From: an uncultured Planctomycetales bacterium
Lineage (GTDB): Bacteria; Omnitrophota; Gorgyraeia; Gygaellales; Profunditerraquicolaceae
Direction: 5' to 3'
NCBI GenBank assembly: GCA_964593005.1
Contig: CAZQGT010000004.1
Coordinates: 1-48,280, forward strand
DNA length: 48,280 nt
The stretch's first letter is position 1. Every line of letters begins with the position of its first letter. Positions 16,107 to 25,986 of this stretch are shown here, in pieces. Below the pieces are notes generated by a model that searched no databases, was not told where the DNA came from, and saw only the letters and a program-made list of their open reading frames with translations. The position numbers and the translations under genes were made by a program.

Positions 16107-16920
16107 TTATCTTTTTAAACTCCTCTTCTTTTATCCCGAAGGAATGCTCGCTGTCCGGGAATTTCTCTTGGACGACTTCATTCTTGAAATCCTCAATGGC
16201 CTTGGAAATCAGCGGCGAAAGATTGATATATTGTTTGACAAATTTTGGCGTATAGCGGCTAAATAGCCCAAGCATATCATGTATGACTAAAACCTGTCCG
16301 TCGCAATGGATCCCCGCTCCGATTCCTATGGTAGGGATCTTTATTCTATTACTGATCAACCCGGCAAGTTTATCCGGGATGCATTCTAAAACTATGGCAA
16401 AACAACCTTTCTTTTCTAATTCAACTGCCTGGTCAATCAGCCTGCGGGCAGCTTCTGCGTCTTTGCCTTGGACCTTAAATCCGCCAATTTTTTCTACGGT
16501 CTGAGGAGTTAAGCCAATATGCCCCATTACAGGTATGCCTGCTTTCACAATCTTCTCGGTTACTTCCAAGCATTTATCAAACCATTCAAGCTTTACCGCT
16601 TGAGCGCCTGCCTCGCTGATAAACCTTTGAGCATTCTTAACGCATTCTTCTGGGTGTGCTTGGTAAGAATCATACGGCATATCCGCGATGAGCAGGGCAT
16701 TCTTTATTGCCCTTCTGGCTGCCTTGGTATGATGGAGCATCTCCGGCATACCGACCTTGGTCGTTGAATCAAGGCCAAGGACCACATTGGCCAGGGAGTC
16801 TCCAACCAGGACCATATCTATTCCCGCTTTATCCATTAATTCGGCTAGAGGGTAATCATAAGCGGTTAACATGGTTATTTTTCTTTTGTTTTTTAAGGCG
16901 ACTATTTCCGCAGTATTCAT
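16093..16920 (-). CDS. panB: 3-methyl-2-oxobutanoate hydroxymethyltransferase
   Basis: TMLTAYD, LVGDSL, ADMP..SY, GHIGLTPQ, PTIGIGAG..CDGQVLV. Confidence 0.96.
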   Translation of the reverse strand: MNTAEIVALKNKRKITMLTAYDYPLAELMDKAGIDMVLVGDSLANVVLGLDSTTKVGMPEMLHHTKAARRAIKNALLIADMPYDSYQAHPEECVKNAQRFISEAGAQAVKLEWFDKCLEVTEKIVKAGIPVMGHIGLTPQTVEKIGGFKVQGKDAEAARRLIDQAVELEKKGCFAIVLECIPDKLAGLISNRIKIPTIGIGAGIHCDGQVLVIHDMLGLFSRYTPKFVKQYINLSPLISKAIEDFKNEVVQEKFPDSEHSFGIKEEEFKKINEGQ

Positions 16921-17894
16921 CAGCTGTCCATTAATAAAAACTCAGTTTCGGGGAAATTATCTTTTAACATTTCTATACCCGGCTCGCCTGAGATAAAGGC
17001 GGCTGTTGATAAGGCATCGGCTGTCAGGCCGCTATTGCTAATGACTGTCACGGAGAAAATTCCGGAATCAACAGGATATCCTGTTCCGGGATTTATAATA
17101 TGGCAATAGCGTTTTCCCTTATTTAAAAAGAATTGTTCGTAATCGCCGCTTGTGGAAATGGATTTATCTTTAAGTTCTATTATCTTTGAAAATTGTTTTT
17201 TGCGCGGGTTTTGAATAGCAATTCTCCAGCTGCCTTCAGGCCCTTTGCCTAAAGCATAAACCTGCCCGCCGGCATTAATCAGGCAGCTGCTGATATTATT
17301 TTGCTTTAATTTAGCAACCGCGCAATCCAGGGCAAACCCTTTTGCTATTGCCCCTAAGTCAATCTTCATTCCGGGAAGTTTAAATTCTACCATATTATCA
17401 TTTTCATTCAAAATAATTTTATCGCTTCCTACAAGTTTTAGGGTTTCTTTGATCAGGGTTTCTTCGGGTACCTTATATTTTTGATCAGTAAACCCCCAAA
17501 GGTCAACCAGCGGGGTTATGGTAATATCAAAGGCCCCTTTAGTTTCCTGCCAGAATTCCTTTGATTTTTTTATAATATAGAAAGTATCCGCGCTTACTTT
17601 TAATTTGCCGGACCGGTTAAGCCGGGATATTTCGCTTTCCGGGATATATTTGCTAAGCAGGTTCTCGATGCGCTTGGCTTCGGTAAATACAATTACGCCT
17701 GCTTCTTTATCCGGGGAACTTACCTCCCAGAATGTGCCCATTAGGAGCTGATTATTACGGTAAAGCTGTACAATTTTATTTTTTGGGAGGCTGATTTTTT
17801 TGGACCGCGGTAAAAAGAAGCTCATTAAGCTTAATCCCCAGCCGATGGCTAGGAAGATTATTATATATCTGCGTATATTCGCGCTGAAAGCCAT
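16920..17894 (-). CDS. apbE: FAD:protein FMN transferase
   Basis: LMGT, SEISRLN, GAFDIT..PL..LWGF, IDLGAIAKG, STSGDYE, HIINP.TG, ADALSTA. Confidence 0.93.
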   Translation of the reverse strand: MAFSANIRRYIIIFLAIGWGLSLMSFFLPRSKKISLPKNKIVQLYRNNQLLMGTFWEVSSPDKEAGVIVFTEAKRIENLLSKYIPESEISRLNRSGKLKVSADTFYIIKKSKEFWQETKGAFDITITPLVDLWGFTDQKYKVPEETLIKETLKLVGSDKIILNENDNMVEFKLPGMKIDLGAIAKGFALDCAVAKLKQNNISSCLINAGGQVYALGKGPEGSWRIAIQNPRKKQFSKIIELKDKSISTSGDYEQFFLNKGKRYCHIINPGTGYPVDSGIFSVTVISNSGLTADALSTAAFISGEPGIEMLKDNFPETEFLLMDS

Positions 17895-17919
17895 AGGATT
17901 ATTTTCTTAGTGTTTTTCC

Positions 17920-18846
17920 CTAAAGTCTTAATTTATAACTTGCTTCAATCGTTTTGATTAAGTCAACCAGGAGTTTATTAGTCGGCACGGCAATTCCAAG
18001 CTCTTGCCCAAGCCGCACGATGACTCCGTTAATGAAGTCAATTTCCGTACGTTTATTCCGTAACACATCCTGGAGCATAGAAGAAATATTTCCTGCAGTA
18101 CCCTCGCAGACTGTTTCAACTTTTGCTAACGGGTCATCGTAAATAAGTTTTATACGCTTTCTTTTGGCAATACGGGTTGCTTCTGTGACCGCGTCCCTTA
18201 ATATCCGTTTAGTGCCTTCAAATTCCGTAAGACAGCCGTTGGGCAGCCTGGTAATAGCAGTCAGGGCATTGATTCCCGCGTTAATAATCAATTTTGACCA
18301 AATCAGCCCTTTTATATCCCGGGAGAGCCTGGTTTGCAGGCCGACCTTATTGAATATTTCACGTATGCTGCGTATCTCAACCGGGACTTTGCCGTCCAGG
18401 GTGCCGATAAGGGTTTCTCCGCGTCCCGCGTGACGGATTTTTCCGGTTTCCACTAATGTCGCCCCTTCGTTGGTTGCCCCTCCGATTACCCTCTCCTCGC
18501 CTGTTAATTCGGAGATAATTTCAATGTTGCCTACTCCGTTTTGCAATGTCATTATTTTGGTATTCGCCTGCAAAAGAGGCTTAATCTGTTCAACCGCCTG
18601 CTTGGTATGGAATGACTTTACGCAGATAAGTATAAGGTCAGCCTTGTCGATATCTTCTACTCTGGCAGTGGCTATTGGTTTTGCCTGCCAGGATCCGGAT
18701 GCGCCTTCCAGGGATATCCCAAGCTGGTTAATCCTGGCAGCGTTCTCTTTATTTTTGTCCAGTAACCAAATTTCTTCTTTTGATTTTGATAAGAAAGCGG
18801 CAAAAAGGCAACCCATTGCTCCTGGCCCGACAATGACTATTTTCAT
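17920..18846 (-). CDS. panE: 2-dehydropantoate 2-reductase
   Basis: G.GAMG, CVKS, LQNGVG, WSKL.IN..IN, SSMLQD...RTEIDFING. Confidence 0.94.
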   Translation of the reverse strand: MKIVIVGPGAMGCLFAAFLSKSKEEIWLLDKNKENAARINQLGISLEGASGSWQAKPIATARVEDIDKADLILICVKSFHTKQAVEQIKPLLQANTKIMTLQNGVGNIEIISELTGEERVIGGATNEGATLVETGKIRHAGRGETLIGTLDGKVPVEIRSIREIFNKVGLQTRLSRDIKGLIWSKLIINAGINALTAITRLPNGCLTEFEGTKRILRDAVTEATRIAKRKRIKLIYDDPLAKVETVCEGTAGNISSMLQDVLRNKRTEIDFINGVIVRLGQELGIAVPTNKLLVDLIKTIEASYKLRL

Positions 18847-19598
18847 ACAGCCACCTCCAGTTTATTAATCAGCTTCTGGCTTTTTAGCTCCTTGCCCAAA
18901 TGAAAACTTAAGAACGAATTAAGTATTAAGTCCAGCTCTTTCTTTATCTGGGGGTTCATTCCCAGGTTCAGGCTGGCGTTAAAAGTATTCCTTTCAATAT
19001 GCAAGACTGTGGCAATTGTCCCCCGGAATATCCCCCGGCTGGCAGGGTCCTTCTGCATGCAACGCGGGCAAAGCAGTCCTCCCAATGAAAGGCTAAACTT
19101 TGCCTGGCCGCTGATTATATCCGCACAAGAGACGCAGGAATCAAAATGCGGCTTAAATCCGGAAAGGTTAAGCAGCTTTATTTTAAATATAGTCGCAATT
19201 TTAGCGGGGTTGTAATTAGTTTCCAGTTCTTTAAGGCTTGTCAAGGCAAGCTCAAAAATATCTTCATTTTTATCTTCAAGCTGCATTATAGAGTTAATCA
19301 GTTCTATCATAAAAACTGCTTGAGTTGTTTTCTCGAGGCTGGAGCGGATCTGGGTAAAGTTGTCCAGTTTGTCAGCCTGGCTTACCAGATGGATGCTTGA
19401 ATGGGTTTTTCTGTAAAAAATAATTTCATTCAAGGAAAAAGGCTCAAGGTTTGAGGCGAATTTCTCCGGTTCAGTGCGTATCCCTTTAAGTAATCCGGTA
19501 AGTTTGCCGAATTCTTTGCTATAGAAATCCACGATTATTGATGTTTCGCGGATATCCCGTTTATTTAAAACCAGCGCGGTTGCCCTATCTATCGACAT
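18843..19598 (-). CDS. recO: DNA repair protein RecO
   Basis: N-terminal OB fold (E...IV..YS..FGK), helical core, C..C...GGLLC..C zinc finger. Confidence 0.9.
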   Translation of the reverse strand: MSIDRATALVLNKRDIRETSIIVDFYSKEFGKLTGLLKGIRTEPEKFASNLEPFSLNEIIFYRKTHSSIHLVSQADKLDNFTQIRSSLEKTTQAVFMIELINSIMQLEDKNEDIFELALTSLKELETNYNPAKIATIFKIKLLNLSGFKPHFDSCVSCADIISGQAKFSLSLGGLLCPRCMQKDPASRGIFRGTIATVLHIERNTFNASLNLGMNPQIKKELDLILNSFLSFHLGKELKSQKLINKLEVAV

Positions 19599-20004
19599 AT
19601 TTTCTTTCCTTTTTACGCATGAGTTGAATCTGAGTTTTAGTATGATCGTTAAAACCTAATATATGCAGGACTCCGTGAGCAACATAGAGCATTAGTTCGC
19701 TTTCCGGAGAAGTTTTAAAATACCGGGCATTGTTTATCGCGATATCCGTGGAAATCGCGATATCCGCCAGGATAGCCGGAGCGGCTTTATTGCTTAGGTT
19801 AAAAGCCAATACATCGGTAGCCTTAGGGGTTTTTAAGAACCTGGCATTGAGTTCCTTAATCAGGGAGTTATCCGTAAAGCAGATATTGATATACCCCTTC
19901 TTCTTGAAGTTTTCTCCTTTAAGGATTTTGTGAATAAGTTTTTTGATGCGCATTTCGGGTATAGGCAGCTTTTCTTGCAGGTTGCTTATGTTTATATTTA
20001 ACAT
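19585..20004 (-). CDS. ybeY: rRNA maturation RNase YbeY
   Basis: LN..F.....TDVLAF and HGVLHILGFNDH. Confidence 0.92.
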   Translation of the reverse strand: MLNINISNLQEKLPIPEMRIKKLIHKILKGENFKKKGYINICFTDNSLIKELNARFLKTPKATDVLAFNLSNKAAPAILADIAISTDIAINNARYFKTSPESELMLYVAHGVLHILGFNDHTKTQIQLMRKKERKYVDR

Positions 20005-20043
20005 GGTTAAAGAATGGATTGGGTGAAAAAGGTACTCAATCTC

Positions 20044-21360
20044 TTATGAGTAGTTGACCCGGCTATGGTATATCCCGCTTAACATCTTAGTAAAGACGTT
20101 GGAAATTTTCTCAATATCTTTTAAGGTAAGTTCGCATTCGTCTAATTGCCCGTCAATGAATTTGTTGTTAATTATTTTATGGACCACCTCTTCAATTTTT
20201 GCCGGGGTGGGGTCTTTTAACGTGCGCGTAGCTGCCTCAACAGAGTCCGCCAAGAGAACAACGGCTGTTTCTTTAGTATTTGGTTTTGGCCCGGGATAAC
20301 GAAAGCCTTCTTCAGTTACTTCCTGGTCTTCTTCTTTGTCTTCAAGGGCGCGGCGGTAGAAGTAATAAACCAGGCTATTACCGTGATGCTGTTGGATGAA
20401 ATCCCAGAGTACCGGGCTTAAGGAATACTTTTTAGCCAGATCTAAGCCTTCTTTTATATGGTTCATGATAATAAGCTTGCTCATTGTAGGGGAAAGTTCG
20501 TCATGCAAATTCTTTTTTATCTGCTGGTTTTCTATAAAATACTCCGGTTTCTGAAGTTTGCCGATATCATGGTAATATGCCCCCACCCTGGCTAATAGGC
20601 CGTTTGCCCCTATGGTAGTGCAGGCGGTGTCTGAGAGGTTGCCGACTATAAGGCTGTGGTGGTATGTGCCCGGGGCTTCCAGGATCATCCGCTGTAAGAT
20701 GGGGTGGTGAGAATCCGCCAGCTCCAGCAGGCTGATGTTGGTTACCGTCTGCAGCAGGTATTCAAATACAGGCAGGACCCCCAGGACAATAATACCGGAG
20801 ACCAGGTTATTCAGCAGGATAATTAAATACCTTTGAGGCTGGTTTATCCAAAAACGCTCAAGCAGTATAAGGCTTAGCAATTGGGCCAGGCCCGCGATAA
20901 GCCCTGCCAGGATAACCGTTGTGCGTTTGTGCGCTTTATTCACCAAAAGAATAGCCGTGGAGCAGGAGGCCATAAAAAGAAACCATGCCTTGAACGGCTC
21001 AGCGCAAAAAGAAGCCAGTGATAAAGAAGTCGCTAATGATAAGAAATAAGCTACCTCAAGATTATTAAATAACAATACGCAGAGCATCGGGATAATCGCG
21101 ATAGGGATAAAATAGAAAGATAATCCCTGCTTAAGCAATGAATGCCCCATGGTGAAAGAAATCAGAAAAAGAAAACTTAAATTAAGCAAAGCAGCATTCT
21201 TTATCCTGGAAAATTTATCGTAAAAACAAAGGTAGAGGATTATTAAAAACAGAGGAATTGCGGGATTCATGCGGATAATATGGCTGAAGATAAAAATAAG
21301 AATGCATAAGCCGGTAACGGAGAGGTTCTTTTTATTTAACAGTTTTTTCATAAGCTTCAA
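20044..21360 (-). CDS. 7TM-HDIG family HD phosphohydrolase (PgpH-like)
   Basis: Multiple TM helices, then LLEL....HP, APGTYHHS, YYHDIGK, QHHG, FRYPGPKP, LADSVEAA, DGQLDEC. It has the conserved phoH-HD-ybeY synteny. Confidence 0.9.
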   Translation of the reverse strand: MKLMKKLLNKKNLSVTGLCILIFIFSHIIRMNPAIPLFLIILYLCFYDKFSRIKNAALLNLSFLFLISFTMGHSLLKQGLSFYFIPIAIIPMLCVLLFNNLEVAYFLSLATSLSLASFCAEPFKAWFLFMASCSTAILLVNKAHKRTTVILAGLIAGLAQLLSLILLERFWINQPQRYLIILLNNLVSGIIVLGVLPVFEYLLQTVTNISLLELADSHHPILQRMILEAPGTYHHSLIVGNLSDTACTTIGANGLLARVGAYYHDIGKLQKPEYFIENQQIKKNLHDELSPTMSKLIIMNHIKEGLDLAKKYSLSPVLWDFIQQHHGNSLVYYFYRRALEDKEEDQEVTEEGFRYPGPKPNTKETAVVLLADSVEAATRTLKDPTPAKIEEVVHKIINNKFIDGQLDECELTLKDIEKISNVFTKMLSGIYHSRVNYS

Positions 21361-22282
21361 TTATTCTCTGGACCAGGGCATGCCTGACTACATCGGAGCC
21401 GCTAAAATAAATAAACTTTATCCCTTCAATTTCCTTGAGTATATCTTGAGCTTGAAGCAGTCCTATAGGCCTGGCGTTGGGAAGGTCGCTTTGCGTCATA
21501 TCTCCCGTAATTACCGCCTTAGAATCAAAGCCTAAGCGGGTTAAAAACATTTTCATTTGTTCGGCGGTGCAATTTTGCGCTTCATCAAGGATGATAAAGG
21601 CGTCATTAAGCGTTCTGCCTCTCATATATGCGAGCGGGGCAACTTCAATTATCCCTGTTTCAATATATTTCTCAATACGTTCAGCCTCCATCATGTCGTA
21701 GAGGGCGTCGTAGAGAGGCCTAAGGTAGGGTGATATTTTTGCCTGCATATCCCCGGGGAGGAACCCCAGCGATTCGCCGGCTTCAATAGCCGGCCGGGTT
21801 AAGATAATTCTGCGTACCTCTTGTTTTTTCAGCGCTTCTACGGCGCAAGCCATAGCCAGATAAGTTTTTCCGGTACCCGCTGGGCCGACTCCGAAAACTA
21901 TATCATGCTTTTTTATCGCTTCTACGTATTCATTCTGGCCGGTAGTCTTTGGCCCGATTTGTTTTCCCGCGGAGGAGCGCGTAATTTCCGTATCTAATCC
22001 TGCCAGTTGTTGCTTTTGTTTGCCGTTTTTAAAGTTAGATATTAAATAGGAAAGGTCATTTTTACCGATTTCATCATTTCCGCTCCGCAATCCGTTGAGC
22101 AGATATTCAACTAACTGGCTCGCCTTTTTGATATTACTGGCTGTCCCGCTTATTTTTAAATAATCACCGCGTAAAGTAAGCTTGACTTTAAGCTCTTTTT
22201 CAATGCTTTTTGTATTGGAGTCGTGTGCGCCAAAAATCCCCTGGGCTTCTTTTTGCGACTCAAATTTTATAATTTTATCCAC
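21332..22282 (-). CDS. phoH: PhoH family ATPase
   Basis: GPAGTGKTYLA, RPAIEAGESLGFLPGD, APLAYMRGRTL, DEAQN, VVRH.LV. Confidence 0.94.
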   Translation of the reverse strand: MDKIIKFESQKEAQGIFGAHDSNTKSIEKELKVKLTLRGDYLKISGTASNIKKASQLVEYLLNGLRSGNDEIGKNDLSYLISNFKNGKQKQQLAGLDTEITRSSAGKQIGPKTTGQNEYVEAIKKHDIVFGVGPAGTGKTYLAMACAVEALKKQEVRRIILTRPAIEAGESLGFLPGDMQAKISPYLRPLYDALYDMMEAERIEKYIETGIIEVAPLAYMRGRTLNDAFIILDEAQNCTAEQMKMFLTRLGFDSKAVITGDMTQSDLPNARPIGLLQAQDILKEIEGIKFIYFSGSDVVRHALVQRIIEAYEKTVK

Positions 22283-22824
22283 TATTTAAGGTTTTCTTTT
22301 GGTTCCGCTATTTCAATGGTTTCTACTTTAGATTCTATGCCGGCCGGGATTTTTAATGTTTGGCCCGCATAAAGCTTATCCGGTGAACGTAAAACGTCCT
22401 TATTGGCTTTATAGATCTTTGGCCAGTTTTTGGTAGTACCGTAAAATTTATTTGAAATTTTTTGCAGGGTATCATTTTTTTCTACGGTATAGTTTTCAAA
22501 AGTTTGGCTCACTGTTTCCTCAACCAGGGTTTCCTGGATCATTACCGGCTCATCTACGCTGCTTGTTACCGGTATAGTAGATGGGCATTTTGCCTGCGAA
22601 GGCTTGGCAAATCCCAGCTCAACTTCAAAGACCCTGGTAGTGCGGGTGGTTTTTCTTTCTGTTGCTTCAGGCGCTGTCCCCATAATATAACCGCGGTTAC
22701 CGGATGTTGAAGAAAGATCCTGGTCAATCCTATCGCGGGTTAAATTATATGTCCTGGCTACGCAGCCTGATAAAGCCAGAGTTGAGGTTAATACGCAAAT
22801 ACCAGCTAACTTGATTTTATCCAT
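22282..22824 (-). CDS. LysM-domain lipoprotein
   Basis: Lipobox LSGC; LysM motif YTV.KNDTL.KIS.KFYG....W..IY.AN......PDKLY.GQ.L.IP. Confidence 0.88.
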   Translation of the reverse strand: MDKIKLAGICVLTSTLALSGCVARTYNLTRDRIDQDLSSTSGNRGYIMGTAPEATERKTTRTTRVFEVELGFAKPSQAKCPSTIPVTSSVDEPVMIQETLVEETVSQTFENYTVEKNDTLQKISNKFYGTTKNWPKIYKANKDVLRSPDKLYAGQTLKIPAGIESKVETIEIAEPKENLK

Positions 22825-22825
22825 T

Positions 22826-24214
22826 TTACTTCCTCCTCTTAATAGTTATACCTAGTTCTACTAATTGTTTTTCTCCGACATCTGAAGGCGCGCTGGTTAA
22901 CGGGCAGAAAGCAGCTGAAGTTTTAGGGAAAGTGATTACCTCCCTTATGCTGTTTTCTCCGGATAGAATGGTTAATAATCTGTCCAGCCCGAAGGCTACT
23001 CCTCCATGCGGAGGCGCTCCGAATTGAAAAGCTTCAAGAAGAAAGCCAAAACGTTTAGAGGCTTCTTCTTCCCCGATTCCGATTATATTAAAAATCTTTT
23101 GTTGAAGCTCCCTGCGGTGAATTCTTATTGAACCGCTGCCTAGCTCCATTCCGTTTAAGACCAGGTCATATGAGCGTGATTTTACCTTCTCCGGTGATTT
23201 TTCCAGGTTTTCCAAGTCGCAATCAGCAGGCGCGGTAAACGGGTGATGTTCGCTATCCCAGCGTTTCTCCTCTTCATTATATTTGAAGAGAGGGAAATCA
23301 ACAACCCAGCAAAAAGCAAAATCGTTATTTAGTTCAGGCCTTAAATCCGGTTTATCTGATTTATATTTCTCCGTTGCTTCTCTGTAGCTGATCCGCGGAA
23401 AAGGCGTTTTTATATCAACATTCTTCAATTCTTTAAGGATCAGTTTCATTAGCCCCTCAGTCAGATTAAAGATATCTTCTTCATCAATGAAAGACATCTC
23501 AATATCTAACTGGGTAAATTCCGGTTGGCGGTCGGCCCGCAGGTCTTCGTCACGGAAACATTTAGCAATCTGGTAATACCTTTCTATCCCTGCAACCATA
23601 AGAATTTGCTTAAATAATTGCGGAGACTGAGGCAGGGCAAAAAATTGGCCGATATTTATCCGTGAAGGAACCAGGTAATCCCGAGCGCCTTCAGGGGTGG
23701 ATTTTGTAAGTATAGGCGTTTCGCATTCAATAAAACCATTGTTTCCTAAATAAGCCCGGATAACTTTATACAGGTTGCTTCTTAAGGTAAGGTTGTTAAA
23801 AACCTTTTTACGCCTTAAATCAAGATAACGGTATTTAAGGCGCATCTCTTCGGTTATTTCAGTCTCTTCTTCAATCTCAAAAGGCGGATTTAAACTGGGG
23901 TTTAATATCTCCAGTTCTTTTGCTAAAACTTCAATTTCTCCGGTTGCTAACTTTTCATTAACCGTCCCTTTTGGCCTTTTATTTACCAGCCCGGTTATTT
24001 TAACCACAAATTCGTTTCTTAATTCCTGGGCAAGTTTATAAGCCTCTCCGGATTCATTAGGGATGAAAACTATCTGGGTGAAACCACTGCGGTCACGGAT
24101 ATCAATAAAGACCAGTTTTCCGTGGTCTCTTCTGCGGGCAACCCATCCGCAGAGTGTGACCTGTTTTGCGCTGTGCGTAGCGTTGAGCTCACCGCAAGTA
24201 TGCGTCTTTATCAT
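22826..24214 (-). CDS. aspS: Aspartate--tRNA ligase (short form without GAD insertion; probably non-discriminating)
   Basis: RRRDHG, RLKYRYLDLRR, STPEGARDY, LPQSPQLFKQ, CFRDEDLRADRQPEFTQ, GAPPHGG. 462 aa. Confidence 0.95.
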   Translation of the reverse strand: MIKTHTCGELNATHSAKQVTLCGWVARRRDHGKLVFIDIRDRSGFTQIVFIPNESGEAYKLAQELRNEFVVKITGLVNKRPKGTVNEKLATGEIEVLAKELEILNPSLNPPFEIEEETEITEEMRLKYRYLDLRRKKVFNNLTLRSNLYKVIRAYLGNNGFIECETPILTKSTPEGARDYLVPSRINIGQFFALPQSPQLFKQILMVAGIERYYQIAKCFRDEDLRADRQPEFTQLDIEMSFIDEEDIFNLTEGLMKLILKELKNVDIKTPFPRISYREATEKYKSDKPDLRPELNNDFAFCWVVDFPLFKYNEEEKRWDSEHHPFTAPADCDLENLEKSPEKVKSRSYDLVLNGMELGSGSIRIHRRELQQKIFNIIGIGEEEASKRFGFLLEAFQFGAPPHGGVAFGLDRLLTILSGENSIREVITFPKTSAAFCPLTSAPSDVGEKQLVELGITIKRRK

Positions 24215-25446
24215 TTTAATTCCTTGGTTAGGTCTTCTATGTTAATTTCTTTTTGAGTGCTGTTCAACATATCTTTAAGTGAAATAACATTTTTCTTTAG
24301 TTCATCTTCGCCTAAAATTAAAACGTATCTTGCGCCTGCGTCATTAGCGGCGCGCATAGCTGCTTTTAATGACCTGCCCAGATAGTCCATTTCGCTTGGA
24401 ATACCGGAAGCGCGCAACTGGTTTAATATCTTTACGCCGGCAGACTTAGCGGGTTCTCCAAGGGTAATTAAAAAGACCAGCCTGCTCAGGGGTTTGTCTT
24501 TGGTTACCTTTGATGCTAAAAGCAGCCTTTCAACTCCGAAAGCAAAACCAATACCGCCTGTATCCGGGCCCCCTAATCCCTTAATAAGATTATTGTAGCG
24601 CCCGCCAGCCCCGATTGCATCCTGGCTGCCTAAATCTGGGTGCGTGAATTCAAATACCGTGCGATTGTAGTAATCCAGGCCGCGTACGAGCTGCGGCTCA
24701 AGATTAAAAGGAATATTAATATTGTTTAAGCCGTCCTTGACTTCTTCAAAATGTTTCCGGCAAGGCTGGCAAAGGTGGCCGTCTTTGAGCCCGAGTGTTT
24801 TAACTATTTCCTGGCAGCCCACATTTTTACAATCTAATACCCGCAGGATATTATTTTCTAATCTTAACTGGCAGTCAGGGCAGAGATTATGTTTTTCTTT
24901 ATCCAGCCCGGTTTTTAAATTCAGGCTGAGAGTTTTTCTGTCATCAGGGCATCCTAGGCTGTTTATTTTAATATTGTAACCCGTGATAGCAAAACTTTTA
25001 AGAAGTTGATCAGCCAGGCTGATGGTTTCTACGTCAAGGGCGGATTCTTGGGAGCCGATTGCTTCGCATCCGATATGGTGGAATTGGCGCAACCTTCCTT
25101 TTTGCGGCCGCTCCAGGCGGAACATCGGGCCGATATAAAATAATTTTATAAATGCGCTGGTTTTATCCAGGTTATTTTCCAGGTAGCTGCGGCAAATTGA
25201 CGCGGTTCCTTCCGGCCGCAAGGCGTATAAATCATCCTGGTTGTGAATAAGAAACATCTGTTTTTGAACAATTTCGGTAGCAGTCCCGAGTGTGCGGTTA
25301 AAAAGGGATGCCTCCTCAATTATCGGGGTGCGGATTTCCCGGTAATTATAAAGTGAGAAAATATTGCGTGCTGCTTCTTCAATTGTCTGCCAGTGGCCTG
25401 TTTCATCAGGCAAAATGTCTTTGGTGCCGGGGACCCTTTTATACAT
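24211..25446 (-). CDS. hisS: Histidine--tRNA ligase
   Basis: LRPEGTAS, FR.ERPQKGRLRQF, LVRGLDYY, GGRY, GFAFGVERL. Confidence 0.96.
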   Translation of the reverse strand: MYKRVPGTKDILPDETGHWQTIEEAARNIFSLYNYREIRTPIIEEASLFNRTLGTATEIVQKQMFLIHNQDDLYALRPEGTASICRSYLENNLDKTSAFIKLFYIGPMFRLERPQKGRLRQFHHIGCEAIGSQESALDVETISLADQLLKSFAITGYNIKINSLGCPDDRKTLSLNLKTGLDKEKHNLCPDCQLRLENNILRVLDCKNVGCQEIVKTLGLKDGHLCQPCRKHFEEVKDGLNNINIPFNLEPQLVRGLDYYNRTVFEFTHPDLGSQDAIGAGGRYNNLIKGLGGPDTGGIGFAFGVERLLLASKVTKDKPLSRLVFLITLGEPAKSAGVKILNQLRASGIPSEMDYLGRSLKAAMRAANDAGARYVLILGEDELKKNVISLKDMLNSTQKEINIEDLTKELK

Positions 25447-25513
25447 AAATTATTTTTTGGTTTTGATTGACCCTTGATAAGTGCGCAAGGATTTCCGGAT
25501 TAATGCATAAGGA

Positions 25514-25786
25514 CTATTTAATTTTTTGTTTCATTTCCAAGCCAGCCTTAAAGACCACTACCTTTCTGGGGGGGACAGGGATAACCTGGTTGGTGCGTGG
25601 GTTCCTGCCTGTGCGGCTTTTTCTTTGTTTTATTTTAAAAACGCCAAAGTTGCGCAATTCAATCCGCTCTCCTCTAACTAAGGCGTCAACAATACAGTCA
25701 AATGTTTTTTGAACAACTTCTTTGACATCTATTTGTTTTAAGTTTGTTTCGTCAGATACCTTTAAGACAATATCTTTCTTGGTCAT
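25514..25786 (-). CDS. HU/IHF family nucleoid protein
   Basis: MTKKD, IELRNFGVF, R.GRNPRT, V.F.AG..MK. Confidence 0.95.
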   Translation of the reverse strand: MTKKDIVLKVSDETNLKQIDVKEVVQKTFDCIVDALVRGERIELRNFGVFKIKQRKSRTGRNPRTNQVIPVPPRKVVVFKAGLEMKQKIK

Positions 25787-25902
25787 CTTTCATCCTCCTT
25801 GCCCACAAAGGGCACGCTGGCTACTTCCTTTAAAGCCGGGCGTTAATTCACAAGGATACACCCTATTCCACTTTTTACAGGCCCGGGGTGTATTTTCTAA
25901 GC

Positions 25903-25931
25903 ATAATAACAGCAAAAAGTTACGATGTCAA
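25903..25931 (-). promoter_or_regulatory. Sigma70 promoter of the HU/IHF-hisS-aspS operon
   Basis: TTGACA-17 bp-TATTAT with an extended TG. Confidence 0.72.
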
Positions 25932-25936
25932 GCATA

Positions 25937-25986
25937 AATAGGGACAGCGACCATTATTAATTATAATAATGGTCGCTGTCCCTATT
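25937..25986. repeat. Palindromic element copy 2 (23-bp perfect inverted repeat)
   Basis: AATAGGGACAGCGACCATTATTA-atta-TAATAATGGTCGCTGTCCCTATT, overlapping the dnaE stop codon. Confidence 0.85.
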
